A program made the position numbers and the translations under genes. Positions 37,440 to 51,409 of a DNA stretch of 61,207 nucleotides are shown here, piece after piece (within the stretch, counting starts at the first letter, position 1; each line of letters starts with the position of its first letter). The stretch is from Phoronis australis. Its lineage: Eukaryota > Animalia > Phoronida. The notes under the pieces are model-generated. The model did no database searches. It saw only the letters and a program-made list of their open reading frames with translations, and was not told the origin of the DNA. The DNA lies in the NCBI GenBank assembly GCA_002633005.1, contig NMRA01000321.1:119775-180981 (forward strand), written 5' to 3'.

Positions 37440-40400
37440 GTGAAACAGAATTATATCTTCGCTATCACCCATCGTGCTACAGAAAAAAAAACTGCTGTTA
37501 AACGGCCAAGATATGGACCGTCAGTTGACGACAAAACTCCTATTAAAATGGCCCGTATTGCTACAAGACGTTGCAGTCCCCTCCCATAGTCCGATGATAA
37601 GGCATGTTGAAAGGTTCTTGCATATTCTGTGGGAAAAGCCGAAAGAAGAAGAATGGGAAAGAGGAACCAAGGGTCAAGATATTAACACTGTCTGGTTGTC
37701 ATTCCCTCCGCCAAGCGGCCAAATCATCTAGTAATGAGCAGTTAAGAAGCCTGATTTTCAGTGATGTTGACTTAATAGCAAAGGAAGCTGAATACCACAA
37801 GTCCTGTCGAGCTCTCTTCACTAAAGAAACTTCTGGTCAGGAAAGTGGAAATTTAAGGGATCCACACCACCAAGCATTTACGCAAACACGCAATTACATT
37901 CAAATTGAGGTTCTTGAAACCCGGCGGTCAGTACTTCTCTCTACTTTGCTAGATTTGTACAAAGAAGAGTATGCAAGTAATGATGGGACAGAAGCTGATG
38001 TCTCAGCATACACAACTCAGAATCTCCTTAAGAAGATCAAAGACCAATTTGGAGACAGAATTCAAGTGAGATTGTCAAATCAACGGAAAGGCGATTTTAT
38101 TTTTAGCTCCACTGTAACAGAAGAAGATGCATTAGTTCAGCAGCAAAGTGAAACTGAAGAAAACTAACAAAATGACAAACTGAGATGGGCTGCTCTTCAT
38201 CTTCGGTCTCAAATCTTGCAACTGCCTAAGTCAAAGACACCTATTCCAACAACAGTGCAGAATTTCAAATCATGTGCACCAAAGATACCGCAGCAACTTG
38301 AACTGTTCTACCGAACACTTCTCGGTGGCATTACAACCTCGAACTCTCAAAGAAAATCCACTGACCGCAAAGTGACCGCAATGGCATCTGACGCCATTTA
38401 CAACGTTACCCGTGGTAATGTGAGGCCGTGGAAGCACACGTCCCTGGGTCTTGGTCTGTATTCTCTGACAGGTTCAAAACTGTCTCTGCAGATTCTTAAC
38501 ATAGCAGGACATTCCATCGGCTACAAAGAAAGCAAACGCCTTGAGACTGAGTTTGGGTATTCCATAGAGTCGTATGAACGCGAAGCACCGGGTGGTATTC
38601 GACTTCTTCCAAATTTAGCCACTGCCTCTGTTTGGGATAATAATGACGCACACGTTGAAACATTAGATGGCATGTCAACACTGCACGCAGCTGTTGGTTA
38701 TAGCTACCAAAATGTGGTGGAAGAAGAAAGGGAAGACTCTTCTGCTGCACTGTTGTTTCGAGAAGGAAGGAATCGCCGACAGTTTGTGGGGGTAGAGCGA
38801 GAAGTGCGGCCATTCAGAAAATCCCTTAAGGATGTTACTTTTTCATGTATCGACATAAACTCTGCTCAAACACGTGACAATCTTGTCAGAGGCACTGAAG
38901 TAAACCACAAGAACATACAGCTCAAATTGTTGGATCTCTACCGGTTTTTGAAACTAAGGGAAGGTAACACTCCACTGCATGCTGGGTTTATGAGCAGTTA
39001 TATACGGGACCCATTGTCTCTTCAAAGGATCTGTTACATGGACCCCATTTCAAAATCACCAACCTACAACGATGTTTTTAAAGAAACTATGATCCGCACA
39101 ATGAATGAAGCCAGAGAGACTGGACAAGACTACGCAGTTGTCACATGACTTGACAGTTGCTTTAAAAGCCTACGCAATACAAGAACTTGAAAGAGCATTG
39201 TTTGATAAGCTGCTGATAATGCTCGGCAATTTTCATACGGAGCTGGCTTTTTATGGAGCTATGGGAACCATGTTAAATGGAAGTGGCATAGAGTTCCTAC
39301 TTTCAGAGACTGGTATCTTGGAAGAAGGGTCTATGATGGGCTTCATTAAAGGAAAATTCTACAACAGGTGCACTCGGGTTCACGAGCTTCTTGCTAACGT
39401 TTTGGAGGGCAAGATGTACCAAAAATTTCTGCATGACTTGGCTCCGGAGGAATATGAATCGTTACTTACGGTTATGACCGCAGTCCCTTCAGATCCAGAA
39501 CAAATACAGAGGCAAACCTTGGTGATCCTGTGATCACTCAGCATCTCCAGAAGTAAGAAGATTTCTTTCACACACTGATTAATGGCAAATATGGCAAAAC
39601 TGCTCAGTTTTGGGCAACCTACATCTTTCTCATAAACCGCGCGCACAGAGAACTCCAGAGATGCGTCAAGACCAATGACGTCAGTGGTTGTATCAACATT
39701 TTCCTGACAATGCTAGATGTATTCTTTGCCCTGAACCGCCCAAACTACGCCAGATGGGGAGCGTTGTTTTATCAAAAATTGAAATTTGCAGACCCACAAT
39801 TGCGCGAAGTGCTGGAAAACGGAGCGTTTTCAGTGCGACGTACTAGGAACAACTTCAGTAGATCGGCTGTTGACCTCTCTTTGGAACAGTCCGTCAACAG
39901 GGATGCAGCATCGAGCATGACAGGGATAGTAGCTTTCCGCAACTCAGAGAATGCAATGCGTCGATGGTCCCTCTCTATGACACAAAGGGCAATGGCTGTA
40001 ACTGAACTTAGGATATTTGCAGGACTTGAAATCGGTGAGAATGCAAAGAGTCAGGGCAGTCCTTCAAGAATCAAAATAGATAACGAACAGATGGCATCGC
40101 TCAGTGTCAAAATCGACAATTTATGCAATCCGTTTGAGAACAATGCTCCACCGGGTCTGGTTAATGTCGCAACTGGCCAAGCAGCATCCCAAGCAACGGA
40201 GGACTACCTGATCAATGCGCTGAGGCGAGGCCATGATGCGAGGGAAAAATTCCAACTGGAATGGGGAAATGACAGCTGTAGGTTTTTGCGACCAGTTAAA
40301 CGTACAGCTGTCCAAAATTTCGCAGATGAAAGCGTGAAGAATAAAGCCAAGTCATCGGCCTCCCAGAGAAACAAGACAGCCGCAGAGAGTCTAAGAAATT

Positions 40401-42193
40401 TGTTCATACGCATAGTCGTAGTTGTAGCAGAGAGGGCAGACTTCGATCTTCGACAACTTCTGATCTCACATCCTGTCACACCTTATCCATTAGCACTTGC
40501 TCACTGCTATGGAGCGCTCGTCAAAACGGAAAAGTCTGCTGTGCTGAAAAACTTGAGTTGTTCCAGACAGAACCTATAACAGATGGAGATTTTGTACACG
40601 ACTACTTGAAGGTTTTTGATGGCGCATTTCTTCTACATTCAGTCATCTCACAGACAAGAATAGGTGCAACTTACGAATCAGTTGCACGATCGATGTTATC
40701 AGTGGTCTGTTCGGGTAGGGCAGAGGAAGCTCATTAGTGTCTAGACAAGTACGTAGAAAACTCAATTAAGGACAATTAACGGAAACATCGCGGGGACTTT
40801 AATTCCATGTATGCCATAACAGGGCCTGGTCAAACTATGCGACAGAGCTCACAAACACTTCTGAACAACAGCGCGTTCAAGAATGAACTGGCGAATTTCC
40901 TTTTGACGGAATGGCATATGTGTGGTGGGGAAACCTTGTTTGATTCCCACGGTAGTGACTGCTACCAGTTCTTTCCCGACGATAATCAGCAAATCATGGT
41001 GACAAAACCTGCCCATCTCCAAAGTGACCACGAGGAAGCGGATACGCTGATTGCGTTCAACGTCGCAAACATCCCAATCGGTCATGTTATGGTGAGGGCT
41101 TCAGATACAGATGTTTTAGTAATCTTGCTTGGTACACTCGGACAACAGCGGCGAGAAATAAGATCCACGACCAACGTTGTCATGGACTGTGGGATGGGAA
41201 ATAACAGAAGATTTATCAACATTTCCGACATAGCAAACGTTCTTGAAGAGCGCAAGTATGGACTTGCCAGAGCAATGCCTGGATACCATGCCTTCACTGG
41301 ATGTGACTACGCATCTGCCTTTTATAGGTATGTTATCGAAATCTTGATTATTGCAGTAATGACAAGAACTGAATGAATTCGATTACAGTGAGGAGAATTG
41401 ATTGATTTCGATTAGCTGTGATTACGTCTGCCATGTAGTTAAAGTCTAAGTAACGTATAATGGTTGCCTCCTTTAAATAAAAAAGATTTCTATCATGAAT
41501 TAGTTGTACACGTCATTCCTTATTTTCCAGAATAGGCAAAATCAAGCCCTTGGACATTACTGAAAATGATGAAAGGTTCATCAATATGTTCACTAGTTTT
41601 GGAGATGTGCATGTCAGCATCGATGTCGGTTTAGTCGCTGAATTCGTATGTCATATGTACGCAAAAAGTAAGCTCAAAGATGTTAACGAGGCTCGATTCG
41701 TCAAACTAATGGACATGACTGGCCAAGTTGCTGAGGTATGTAGTGATAACCTGTAAACAATATAAATATTCGATCTGATAATTTTAACTACCATCAAAAT
41801 CAGCTTTGCTTATATTTCTAATTTCCTTTCAGGAGAATCCATTTGCAAATTTAAAACGAAGTGACTGTGCGTTGCTCCCACCTTGTCTCCGTAGCCTGCA
41901 GATGAAGATTCGCCGAACTCAGTACGTCACCGCGCTATGGACCCGTGCCGCGACAGCATATCCCCGGGATCCCAACTGATTATGGTCGGCATGCAACTGA
42001 AACTCACACATTTCTGCCAGTGTGGTTTGAGGGGTCCATTCTCCCTGACATACTGTTCAGTTCGAATGCAGAAGTGAACAACAGTAACCTTGGGAATGAA
42101 GCAACCAGCATTAGAGATAGTTCTTCTGAAGAACTGTCAGATTCCGAAGATGATCCATGGAGTGAAGACTCCGACTCTGATGAAGAGAATTAA
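37440..42193 (+). pseudogene. AcademX-like transposase/XPG-nuclease gene, decayed, with introns
   Basis: Collinear ORFs: CIFC...LIAKEAEYHKSC, WDNND, MLGNFH, NRPNYARW, DLSLEQ..NRDA, HEEADT, DTDV, HAFTGCD, DVNEAR, LPPC, PVWF. GT-AG introns at 41328-41530 and 41736-41832 restore the frame. Confidence 0.8.
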
Positions 42194-42864
42194 TTACGGC
42201 ACTTTGGATTTGACTAAAACATGCACAGTGAATAAGTTGGCTCATTGGAATGAGATGCATATTGGTTATAGCGATAAGTCTCCTTTTATATTTCTGTGTT
42301 TGTTACCCTTGTATGGTGTTCTCCATAAAGGATGAAAAAACCTTTATGGCACCTGACATTTGGTTCATATTGTCGTCTTAAAGCTGTAACGTAAATAAAA
42401 TACACTGTTCATGTTGCGAACTTGTTATTCATATTGCTCGGGAATAACAAGTCATAATAGTTTTTCAGTTAAGTTAGTTTGATAAGCATTTTATTTGCCC
42501 GACACAGATATTCGGACAATAGAACTGTTCGCGTTATGTCTTCATGGTGCAATTAAAACACGTTCAAATTGATTATCTATGGACATGGTATACGGTGCTC
42601 AATCATCCTTGCGACGGCCCCAAGGATTCATATTGGGTGAGGGGGTATGCAATCATTTTGTATCATCTTTTTTTGGAAATCGTGACTGGTTTGCAGTTAA
42701 ACTAAATAAAGCTTCTTGTTTATGTTTCACCAATTTATTTTTATTATTACTAGAGTATGTGCATTTGAATAGGGAGAGTGGGGCATCTAATAAAAGGTCA
42801 ATCGGGCATGTACCAAATCTCCACTTGATACTGCCCCACAGCGTTGTTGCATGTGGAGTGTTGT

Positions 42865-43642
42865 TGGGCATTATGCGAATGGTTTCAAACGGTTACCTGG
42901 TGGGTTGATCTACCTCAACTCGGGTATTTGGGCGTGTCTGGCGGGGCTAACCCACCACTAGATTTGTCTGGCAATGCTTATTCGTGATACCCGGGGCTAC
43001 GGTGAATATTTTGCAACTGGTTTCGTGCGGTTACCTCTTGGATTGATCTAGCTCAATTTTAACCCTTTTTGATAATCGTCTGGCAAGGGCACCCTATCGC
43101 AGAAATTGTCTGGCATCTAACTTTTGTGCCATGTTCAGTGATGCTGAACATCATGCAATTGGTTTCAAACGGTTACCTGATGGGTTGATGTAGCTCAATT
43201 CCGGTATTTGGGCTTGTCTTGCAGAGGTAACCCACCACTAGATTTGTCTGGCAGTGTTCATTCGTGATACCTGGGTTTACGGTGAATATTTTGCAACTGG
43301 TTTCAAGCGGTTACCTCTTGGATTGATCTAGCTCAATTTTTGTACCCTGTATACATGTATGTTCGTCTGGCAGGTAGTCCCCACCACTGAAATTGTCTGG
43401 CAGTGGCCAATTTTGATACAGTGGATTACGTAGTAGGAATCAATGGCAGTTTGAAGTGGTTACCAGAAAAGTTGATCTAGCTCAATTTTCGAGTGTCATT
43501 CTCTTGGCTCCCCTGACCACACCCACCAGAGCGAACCTGCCAGACGGCCATTTCCAAGCATCAAGATACTCATAGAGCACTGTGGCACCAAAGTAAATTG
43601 GTTACCTTTTCATGCCCAAAAAAGCTCTGGGATCCCGGTCTA
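42865..43642. repeat. ~140-bp subterminal tandem array and probable right end (...CCGGTCTA) of the Academ-like element
   Basis: GGTTACC at 42891, 43029, 43171, 43309, 43458 and 43600; the first five are followed by TTGAT(C/G)TA(G/C)CTCAA. Confidence 0.85.
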
Positions 43643-44582
43643 TGAGGAAATTGCCAAGGATACTCTGAAATTCCGGTCATTACTACCCGAGTATTACTGG
43701 AAAGTGTTAACTACATTAATTCAGGGTGGAAAGTCACTAAGACGGTCCGTAATAATGCTATGGATTTCAGCGCTATTACTGGGTCTGAATTTCACAAAAT
43801 TATCGGGGTATGCGAGAATCGAATTGATAAACATGTTTTAAAACAAAAAGTGCAGGTGCCATAAATATAGCTCATTGGGTGCCACTCCCTCTCCTGCAAA
43901 GATGGCCGCAATATTTTCTGTCTCGCTGGTTCCCTGCGTGCCGCTAGGTGGTAGCCAGCACGCAGGTATCACTTAATTTTCCTTGGATTTTTTTTTACAC
44001 CGGCGTTTCTGATTGGCTGGTCGAATTCTGAAAAGGCAGCGCTTTACAAAACAAACTGGCATGACTGGTAGAGGAAGCCGGTGCAAATGTGGTCTGTTGT
44101 ACAGACAAATCGGTGCTTAAAATTTATGTTCAGGAAATGTGAATCCCATCACTTGTGGTTGCGCCTTTTTGAGTGCATCTTTCTACTGTCGATGACTCTT
44201 GTTTACGATATTGTCCGGTATTCCTATACAGTATGAATAATATATCGGTTAAATCGGCCAGATGTGTGTTTATTTTTTGTAATAGCATTGTGCTTTGTAC
44301 TGGAACTACACTTACCTTATATGACACAAATAGTTAGAATGGTTTATTATTTAAGTCTTACCAAAGAGTTCTATGAAATGTGACTCATACGGATGTGGTC
44401 TTGTGTATTGCAAAAACATGTTGTTGTACAGTAGTTAGTCAGTCCGCAATAAAGTAGTGTTTAAGTAAAGACATCTTCTTCACTCCTTTCTCCACAAGAC
44501 ATTACATTTTTTATGTATGTGTTTCAAGCACGCAGTTATTAAACATTATTGCAGAAACGAAATAGTTGCTGCTACGCCACTT

Positions 44583-47500
44583 TAGTCGGGGGACAGAATT
44601 TGTAGGGCCTCTAGAAAATGGTTTTTGTGAGTACTTTAGGGGGGCAATTTTATTTTGGTGTTTTTTAATTCATTTATTAGTGTTTTCAAAATCTAAAAAG
44701 TTCCCACATATAAAGTTGCACATTTTTGAGAAATTTGAGTTTGAAGTTACTTAATAATCACCAAAGAGCTTAATAAACTTATATTTGTAATAACAACAGT
44801 TTTGGTGACTTTTTTGTAAAACAAGTAATATGGTCTCATCAGTGCCGTTGTATTGAACAATATTACACACACATTACATGTTTTACTATTGTAGATTAAT
44901 TGTAAACAGTGAAATTTAAAAAATGTAATGACACCTAGTGGCAAAAATGCAAACTAAGTCTGAATGTTACTAGGAAGTTATTCTGGCATTGTCTGGCAAC
45001 AAAAATAACACAAAACACTTGAGACTGGGCAAAATTTGTGCCTCGATGACTAAAACATTGCCTAATGGTGTAAAATACAGCTTGTTTGCATAATACACCG
45101 GAAATACGTTATAGTACAAAAATAATATAGTTGAATGATCTCTGTGAATGTGCACACAGACTATGGAAATAATAGATTATTCTGACAGCGTTTATCAAGC
45201 AGTATGAGACAAATTCATGACAATGATCAAAGTATAGACTTTCTATGACTTAACAAATAAAATTAACTTTTTAATTCAAAAAAAAACGAAATAACGGGGT
45301 TGGAGGTCTATTTAGTGTTGAATTGTCAAAGAACTATCCAATGTTATGCAGTCAGTGTTGCTGATGTTACTACAGTTGTCACAGCTGCACATTTCTGTAC
45401 AGTTTGACCCAGAATTGCAGCACAAAATCAGTTTCTCAGCACAAATGTTCTCTTTGCACTTGTAGCGTTCATCGTTTAGTACTGTCAATGGAGATGCGGG
45501 CATTGCCATACAATTTAACTGCGAAGCTCCACCACCAAGGAGCCAACTATGGTCGATTAGAAAGGGTACCGCACTGCACAATGGTGATTGGCCCGCAGGC
45601 AATGAAGGGTCAAACACTAAGTCCTTGTTTGGAGGCGGGCAGGATTTGGGCAAACGTTTGATTGAAAATATGTTATAATGGGCTGTGTTAATTAGAGTCA
45701 GCAAGTGAATTATTGAACACTAGCCTCAATTCACTTTCATATCTCTTAGTCGGGAACAAACTACAACAGTGAGTAGCTTCAACAGTAGTTTCTTAAGATT
45801 GCTTGTCCAAATAACTTCATGCACACCAGCTTTCTGAAGAACAGCTTCAAAGTCTTGCTTTAGTTTTGAAAGGCAAATGACATATCCATGTGTTAGAAAC
45901 TTTGATTCAATGAACTCCAAACAAAACTGTAGAAAAACATCTCTGAAAACTGTGGATTCGTCACTCTTCACAATCGTTGTCTTTCTATTTTTTATAGCAT
46001 GATTATCTGTGGTACTTGGCTTCTAAGACACAAGGTCTTTATCTTTGAAATTCGTTTGCATATTCAGGGCTCTGGACTCAGCTGTTGCTTGCGATACAAG
46101 TCCAACTGAAAAAACACTAATTTAACATTCAACTATGAGTGACTTGGCATGCAACTTTTTCAGACGGACTTATCAGGCACTGATCCACCACCAGCCTAAC
46201 AAATTTACATGCCGTTTGATCTGTCGCCTAAAATGTTGATCGTCTAATAATTAGATTAATTGATGCAACTGAAAATAAATCAGCTGACAAAGCAGTGCAG
46301 TGAATGAAATTTATTTTTTTTAAATCAGATGCTCAAACCATAGTAAATCGATTTACACTTAAGGTAATCGACGTTTGACGAAATGGACAGTGGCTTCCAT
46401 CGTCCTCAAATTACGATGGCGACGATGGCCACTTAGGCACTTTAATTTAATTATTATTGCAGCTACCTAAGTAATTAATGTTTACAAAAAATTGAGAAAA
46501 GGTTCCCCCTATCCCAGGACTACGGCAGGAGATGACGGCCACTTGGGCATGTTGTTTGCAACCATCTACTCCATTTAACCTTCTCAAAAATTTTTGACTT
46601 AAAGTGCTTTAAAATCACACCCACAGTATAACGCCATAGGATTATCCCTTAGCGCAAGCAGTGTCGATGTGGCAACTGAACAAAGGAGTGTGCAAAAAAC
46701 AGGATTGCAGGAGTATTTGTTTAAACTGGGAACAAATGAAAACATTAACGACCTCCTCAGAGGCATCTCTCTACGTGGTACTTCTAAGCTTATAGGAACA
46801 TAATTTGCCGAAAAGCATCCGGCATATGGAGTACCTATGGTATGATCACCGTCTCTACTGGGTCAGCGGTATTGTCTAAGGCCTAGGCAGCCAAGGGGCT
46901 AAACAAGTTAAAAAAACAACTGGTGATAATACTGAAACCCACATGGAAACACCAAGATGTACCTTTCAAAAACACGTACCTGTTTTTGAAAGCTATACTT
47001 CTTTCTCTTTCTTGAATTATGGTCTATAATATACTTTTCCGGCTAACAATCGATGCACTCATGTTTCAGAATGTTCCTATCTTGTTCAGGTTAATTGGGT
47101 GTTTCAGATTTTGGAAGTATAATTGATATTCTTGGGAAATCTTGGATAACATCTGTATCACTTTCAGCAACTTCAGCTTTAGTGCTTTTGCTGGTGTCTT
47201 GAAACGTTGCTATGCCGTTCTATGTCCTTTCAATTTTTGGTCTGACACTTGGTCTTCTAGTCTACAGCACTCAGCAGTATACTGTGTAGGCCATACCAGG
47301 ACATGCAGCTGTTTTCTGCACAAACGTTTGTGACACCTCTTCTTCTTTTTGATATACTGGTCTAAAGAGTTCCACAGTCCATTAGCTTTCGTCAGGAAGC
47401 TTTCCTAAGCTTCTTTAGGCTCTGGCATTACAATTTTGTGCTGTTTGATAAACCTTGAATTATACAAGCATCACACTCCATGGGAGCAGCCATATTGAAG

Positions 47501-47750
47501 TAACTAGGCACAACAACACAATCTGGCTCTCTGATTGGTCAATTCAATAGAAAATCGCCAAGTGGCAGGAATGTGCATCATATTTTGTGCAACAAAAACA
47601 CCTTTTTAAAAAAAATGTGCAAGTGTAGACGTGGGAACTTTTTGAAATTTGATTTATAGGTATATCATCTAACCACATAGAAAAAACTAGGTTGCCCCTC
47701 CCCCAAAGTAATCACAAGGATGAACGCTGTGAGATCTGGCCCACCGACTA
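44583..47750 (-). mobile_element. Internally deleted AcademX-like transposon with both termini
   Basis: TAGTCGG...CCGACTA termini and 3-bp TSD CTT. Long imperfect TIR (TTGTGA.TACTTT, AAAAAGTTCCCAC at both ends). Remnants of EAKYH and of a C-terminal Cys-rich CTEMCSCDNCSN motif. Confidence 0.82.
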
Positions 47751-49714
47751 CTTGTATGACCAGGCTAAATATTATTCATCGCCCTCCATTTTCTCACGTT
47801 GTTGTAAAGCTAACCAATGACTGCCGAGGTTACATCAACCAATGCTATTAAAGCGTGGTACCTGCGTGCTGGCTAGGCACGTACGGAACCAGCGAGAATT
47901 CCCTGTGAGCGCGAGTGCATAAAGTTTGGGGATAAAGTACGACATCAAATGCTCCCAGTAAGTTAGTTTTTTGATCGAGGAAAATTGGAACATGGGAGGA
48001 CTTTCAATGGAAGTTTCAAAGTTTGGCGCGAGACTATTTTTGGCCAGCATATAAGTGTAGTACGGAGTTGCGTTTGTGCCTTGGGGTTGGACGCATCGGT
48101 GTGGTTTCAAATTATATGAAGGAAAATCCTGACGCAGTCTTTGATGACATCATCGAGATAATCTAATCGGTTTGGCTCAGAAGTTGAAGGTCTTTAGGTG
48201 CATTAACTTCGATTTCATTCTGCATTTCAAGAGAGGGATGTGTGGTCAGTCTCTGCAGTGGGAGGATCGTCTTACTATTAGTCTGTTTCTCAAGGCATGT
48301 CCGGACCCCAAGCCTCTTGATAAGTCCCAGTCACTATTGGGGTTTTGTTTGGGAATGTGCGATAAAATTTGTGGGTCCGTATACAATCAACAATGAACCT
48401 GCGACGGTTGTTGATGCGTAAACATCGTTTCGTTGGTTTTCAACCACTAAAAATCTAATCCAGCCAAAACCCAGGCCTGTAGCATTTTGCCGCAAAACTT
48501 ATGCAAATGATGTATTCAAGGATTTCTCTGTGGGACAGGTAAATTCGTAGGCCTGCTCTTAAATTTACCCCGCGGGGTACTGTTGAGTGGAGGGAAAATT
48601 AGCGTCATTTGAATCATCTAGCCTTCAACTGCACTCTGTCTTTTAATTCCCAAGTCAGACAATTCACAAAGCAACAAGAAAATAAGCCGCATGAAGACTG
48701 AAATGAATAGCAATTTCGGTGAAGTGACAAATAATTTCAATAAACTATTTTCAATGCTAAAAAATGAGTCGCGGAGGCGACCGCAGGAATCGAATGCACG
48801 TCGCTTTTCGCCGAATTCTCCGAGGTCTGATAATTGAACTTTTGCGAAAAGTCACGTGACACCTAACAAACGAACAAGGTGTCAGAGGCAAATACACTGT
48901 CGCTAATAAAAACTACCTTTCTGGTGGAATCATAGGCTATAGTACATGGACCGCCAACTCCGTATACTTTCAATGGGCGGCAATCTATGCTCATACAGAG
49001 GCAAAGACTTCATTATTCACTGGCGACACCTGGCCAAATTATACAAATACGTCGTCTGCTAATCATGGTCGGTTGCTGTGTCGTCAATACACTAACTGGA
49101 AACTGGAACAGATAATTTAGGAGAGTGGCGCTTCCTCTAGGATAGTTCGCAAGAAAATGTCGGAGTTACGAATTTGTTGTCTATAATCTATGGTGGTATC
49201 GATGAGTGTTTTCTGACTAAGCGAAAACGCTACGACAAAAACAGCCGATGCTTTTCACCACAGAATCGATCGTACGTTCATGATGTGGGAATCTGTAAAG
49301 GCGAAATGAGTGTTTGAGGAAAAGTATTTCGAAGCCAGCGAAAATCCATAGAACACCACACAGGGTTCACCTTCACCTGACAAATGACAAGGCCACTGAT
49401 GCGACATGTTCATGTAATGCTGGGTATGTACCTCATAGTCTGATTATCTGTACGATGCCATAGATTTAGGGATCTTACGAACAAAATCATTTAAGATTCA
49501 CCCGTCTGCTAAATTCCGCCAAATGAGTAAAGTAGGTCGAGCACTGCTTACGCTTTTCTAAACTATGAACGAACATTTTGATTAAGAAACTAAAGTTCAT
49601 AGCTCAAGCACACACTCATCTTGTGCTACGCAAGCAGTTAGCTCCGGTAGGTTTAGGGCTGTGTCCAAGTCAAATAAATGCTCGGAATTGGAATTGCACC
49701 ATTAAGACATTTAA

Positions 49715-51409
49715 AGGAGAATCCCACCCAAAAAACAACCTAATTTTCATCAATTTAGATTGAGTAGTTCTACTCAATATTAACGGCACGTTCGGTTGCG
49801 CTACCTGACACCTGACGGCAGACGGAGGTGTTGAAATTATTCAATGAAGTCATTGGTTTCACACGCAGTCTGTTCAGCAGTTCACAACACGGGTTACTGG
49901 TGCCAGCTTATCGCTTGAATTCATCGTTGAACACCAATAAATCATCAAACTTCGATGTAAAACCCTTAAAAATACACCGAGTTCTTATAAAAACGTTTTG
50001 TTTTATTTCGCTGTTACGGATTTATTGGTATTTGGACACACCGTAGCCTACAAAGTTCGGTAGGCCAATTTACCAAGGTCCGTAGCAGGAGTTTGGGGTC
50101 TGTTCGGAGATAAATTCGAAGTATTCTTCTGTGAAACAGAGACAGGAGAGCCTAGATCTGTGTTGTTTAGACTTGTGATTTCTTGAGTTCTAAACACACA
50201 AAATGCTTGTTATCCCCGGCCGGCCAGTGGCTTGGAACCCGATTGGGCCCGTCGCGGCCGCCGGGACTGGCACGAAAATAAACCAGCTTGAGTTGGAAAC
50301 TAAACCTCCAGTCACGAAAAGACTATAATAGTGAGCCAAAGAAATAATGTGCACGTAATTATTTATGTGGATTAGCCACGAAACTGAAAATCCACTTACT
50401 TGTCGGGGGCCGCGAAGTCGGGTTCCCCTTCCACAGGCCGTCAGGGCAAAGGTCGTACAGTAACAATGATTTGAACAACATACTTGGCGGAAGAATTCCG
50501 CCAAGTAATAATGTATTTGTAATTCTAAATAAAGATTACCCTAACATGTGACCATAGCATATAAAATCGAGTAATTGTTTTACAACAGCTTTCTGTCAGC
50601 AAATACTGAATTAGAATGCGCTCACACGGCCTCGGTGCCCGGTCAATTACCTTTATTGCCGGCACCAAAAGCCGGTAACGTAGTGGTTCATTCATGGCTG
50701 GGTTCTCAACAGTTGCACTTACCAATACTTCAAAGGCATTACAAATTGTATCTAATGAGACAGACTTTGTTTCAGTTTTGTATAAGCATTGGCTAGGATG
50801 AGAATAATTCATTTTGAAACAGAACGCAGAATAATAAACGTCAACATGGCAACTCGCACGGCCGGCGCTATTCCCGACTTATTGAAGAGCTCATCCGATG
50901 AAGACTTCACGGGTCGGATCCTTAGGTTTCACAATTCGAACCGGAATACACTGATCAAGAAATACTAGAGAGGACCCGTGAATATGCAACGTAACCTATG
51001 GATAGTTCTTTGGTTAGCCGGAATTCGTCAGAGTAATCACTGTCGACGAAATGCCGGCCACAGACACGGAGATGTTTAACGGCCTCGTACTTGCTATTAA
51101 CAGCATACCTTTCATTCTTCACTACCGCGAGCCGCTTCCTAAGCATTTCGGGCTCTCGAGGAAGTCGAAAAAAACGATATACCCGCTATCTTTGCGGCTT
51201 CGTAGTTCGGACAAGCGGGAACGATGCACCATAATATAGCGGCATTCGCACCGCAGACGAACCACTGACGTTGCTGTGAAGTTTCTAACCTTCCTCACAG
51301 GTTAACGCGACACCTCTCGGCAAGGTGAGGTCGACCGTATAAGAGGCGATGTGGATATAGACCGATTAAAACGGTAAAAGAGACTAATTAAATCGGGTGG
51401 CATTCTCCT
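49715..51409 (-). mobile_element. Kolobok-like non-autonomous element of a second family with THAP remnant
   Basis: TTAA-AGGAGAATCCCACCC ... GGGTGGCATTCTCCT-TTAA (14/15 TIR match). THAP remnant CIVPACPN...ISFFRLP...LRVCGRHFVDSDY at ~51030-51230. Confidence 0.85.

Noticed and set aside
42865-43642. CRISPR-like array (conserved boxes with variable intervening sequence)
   Set aside because: Eukaryotic context with no cas genes. The intervening sequences are homologous to each other and the ~140-bp period is too long.
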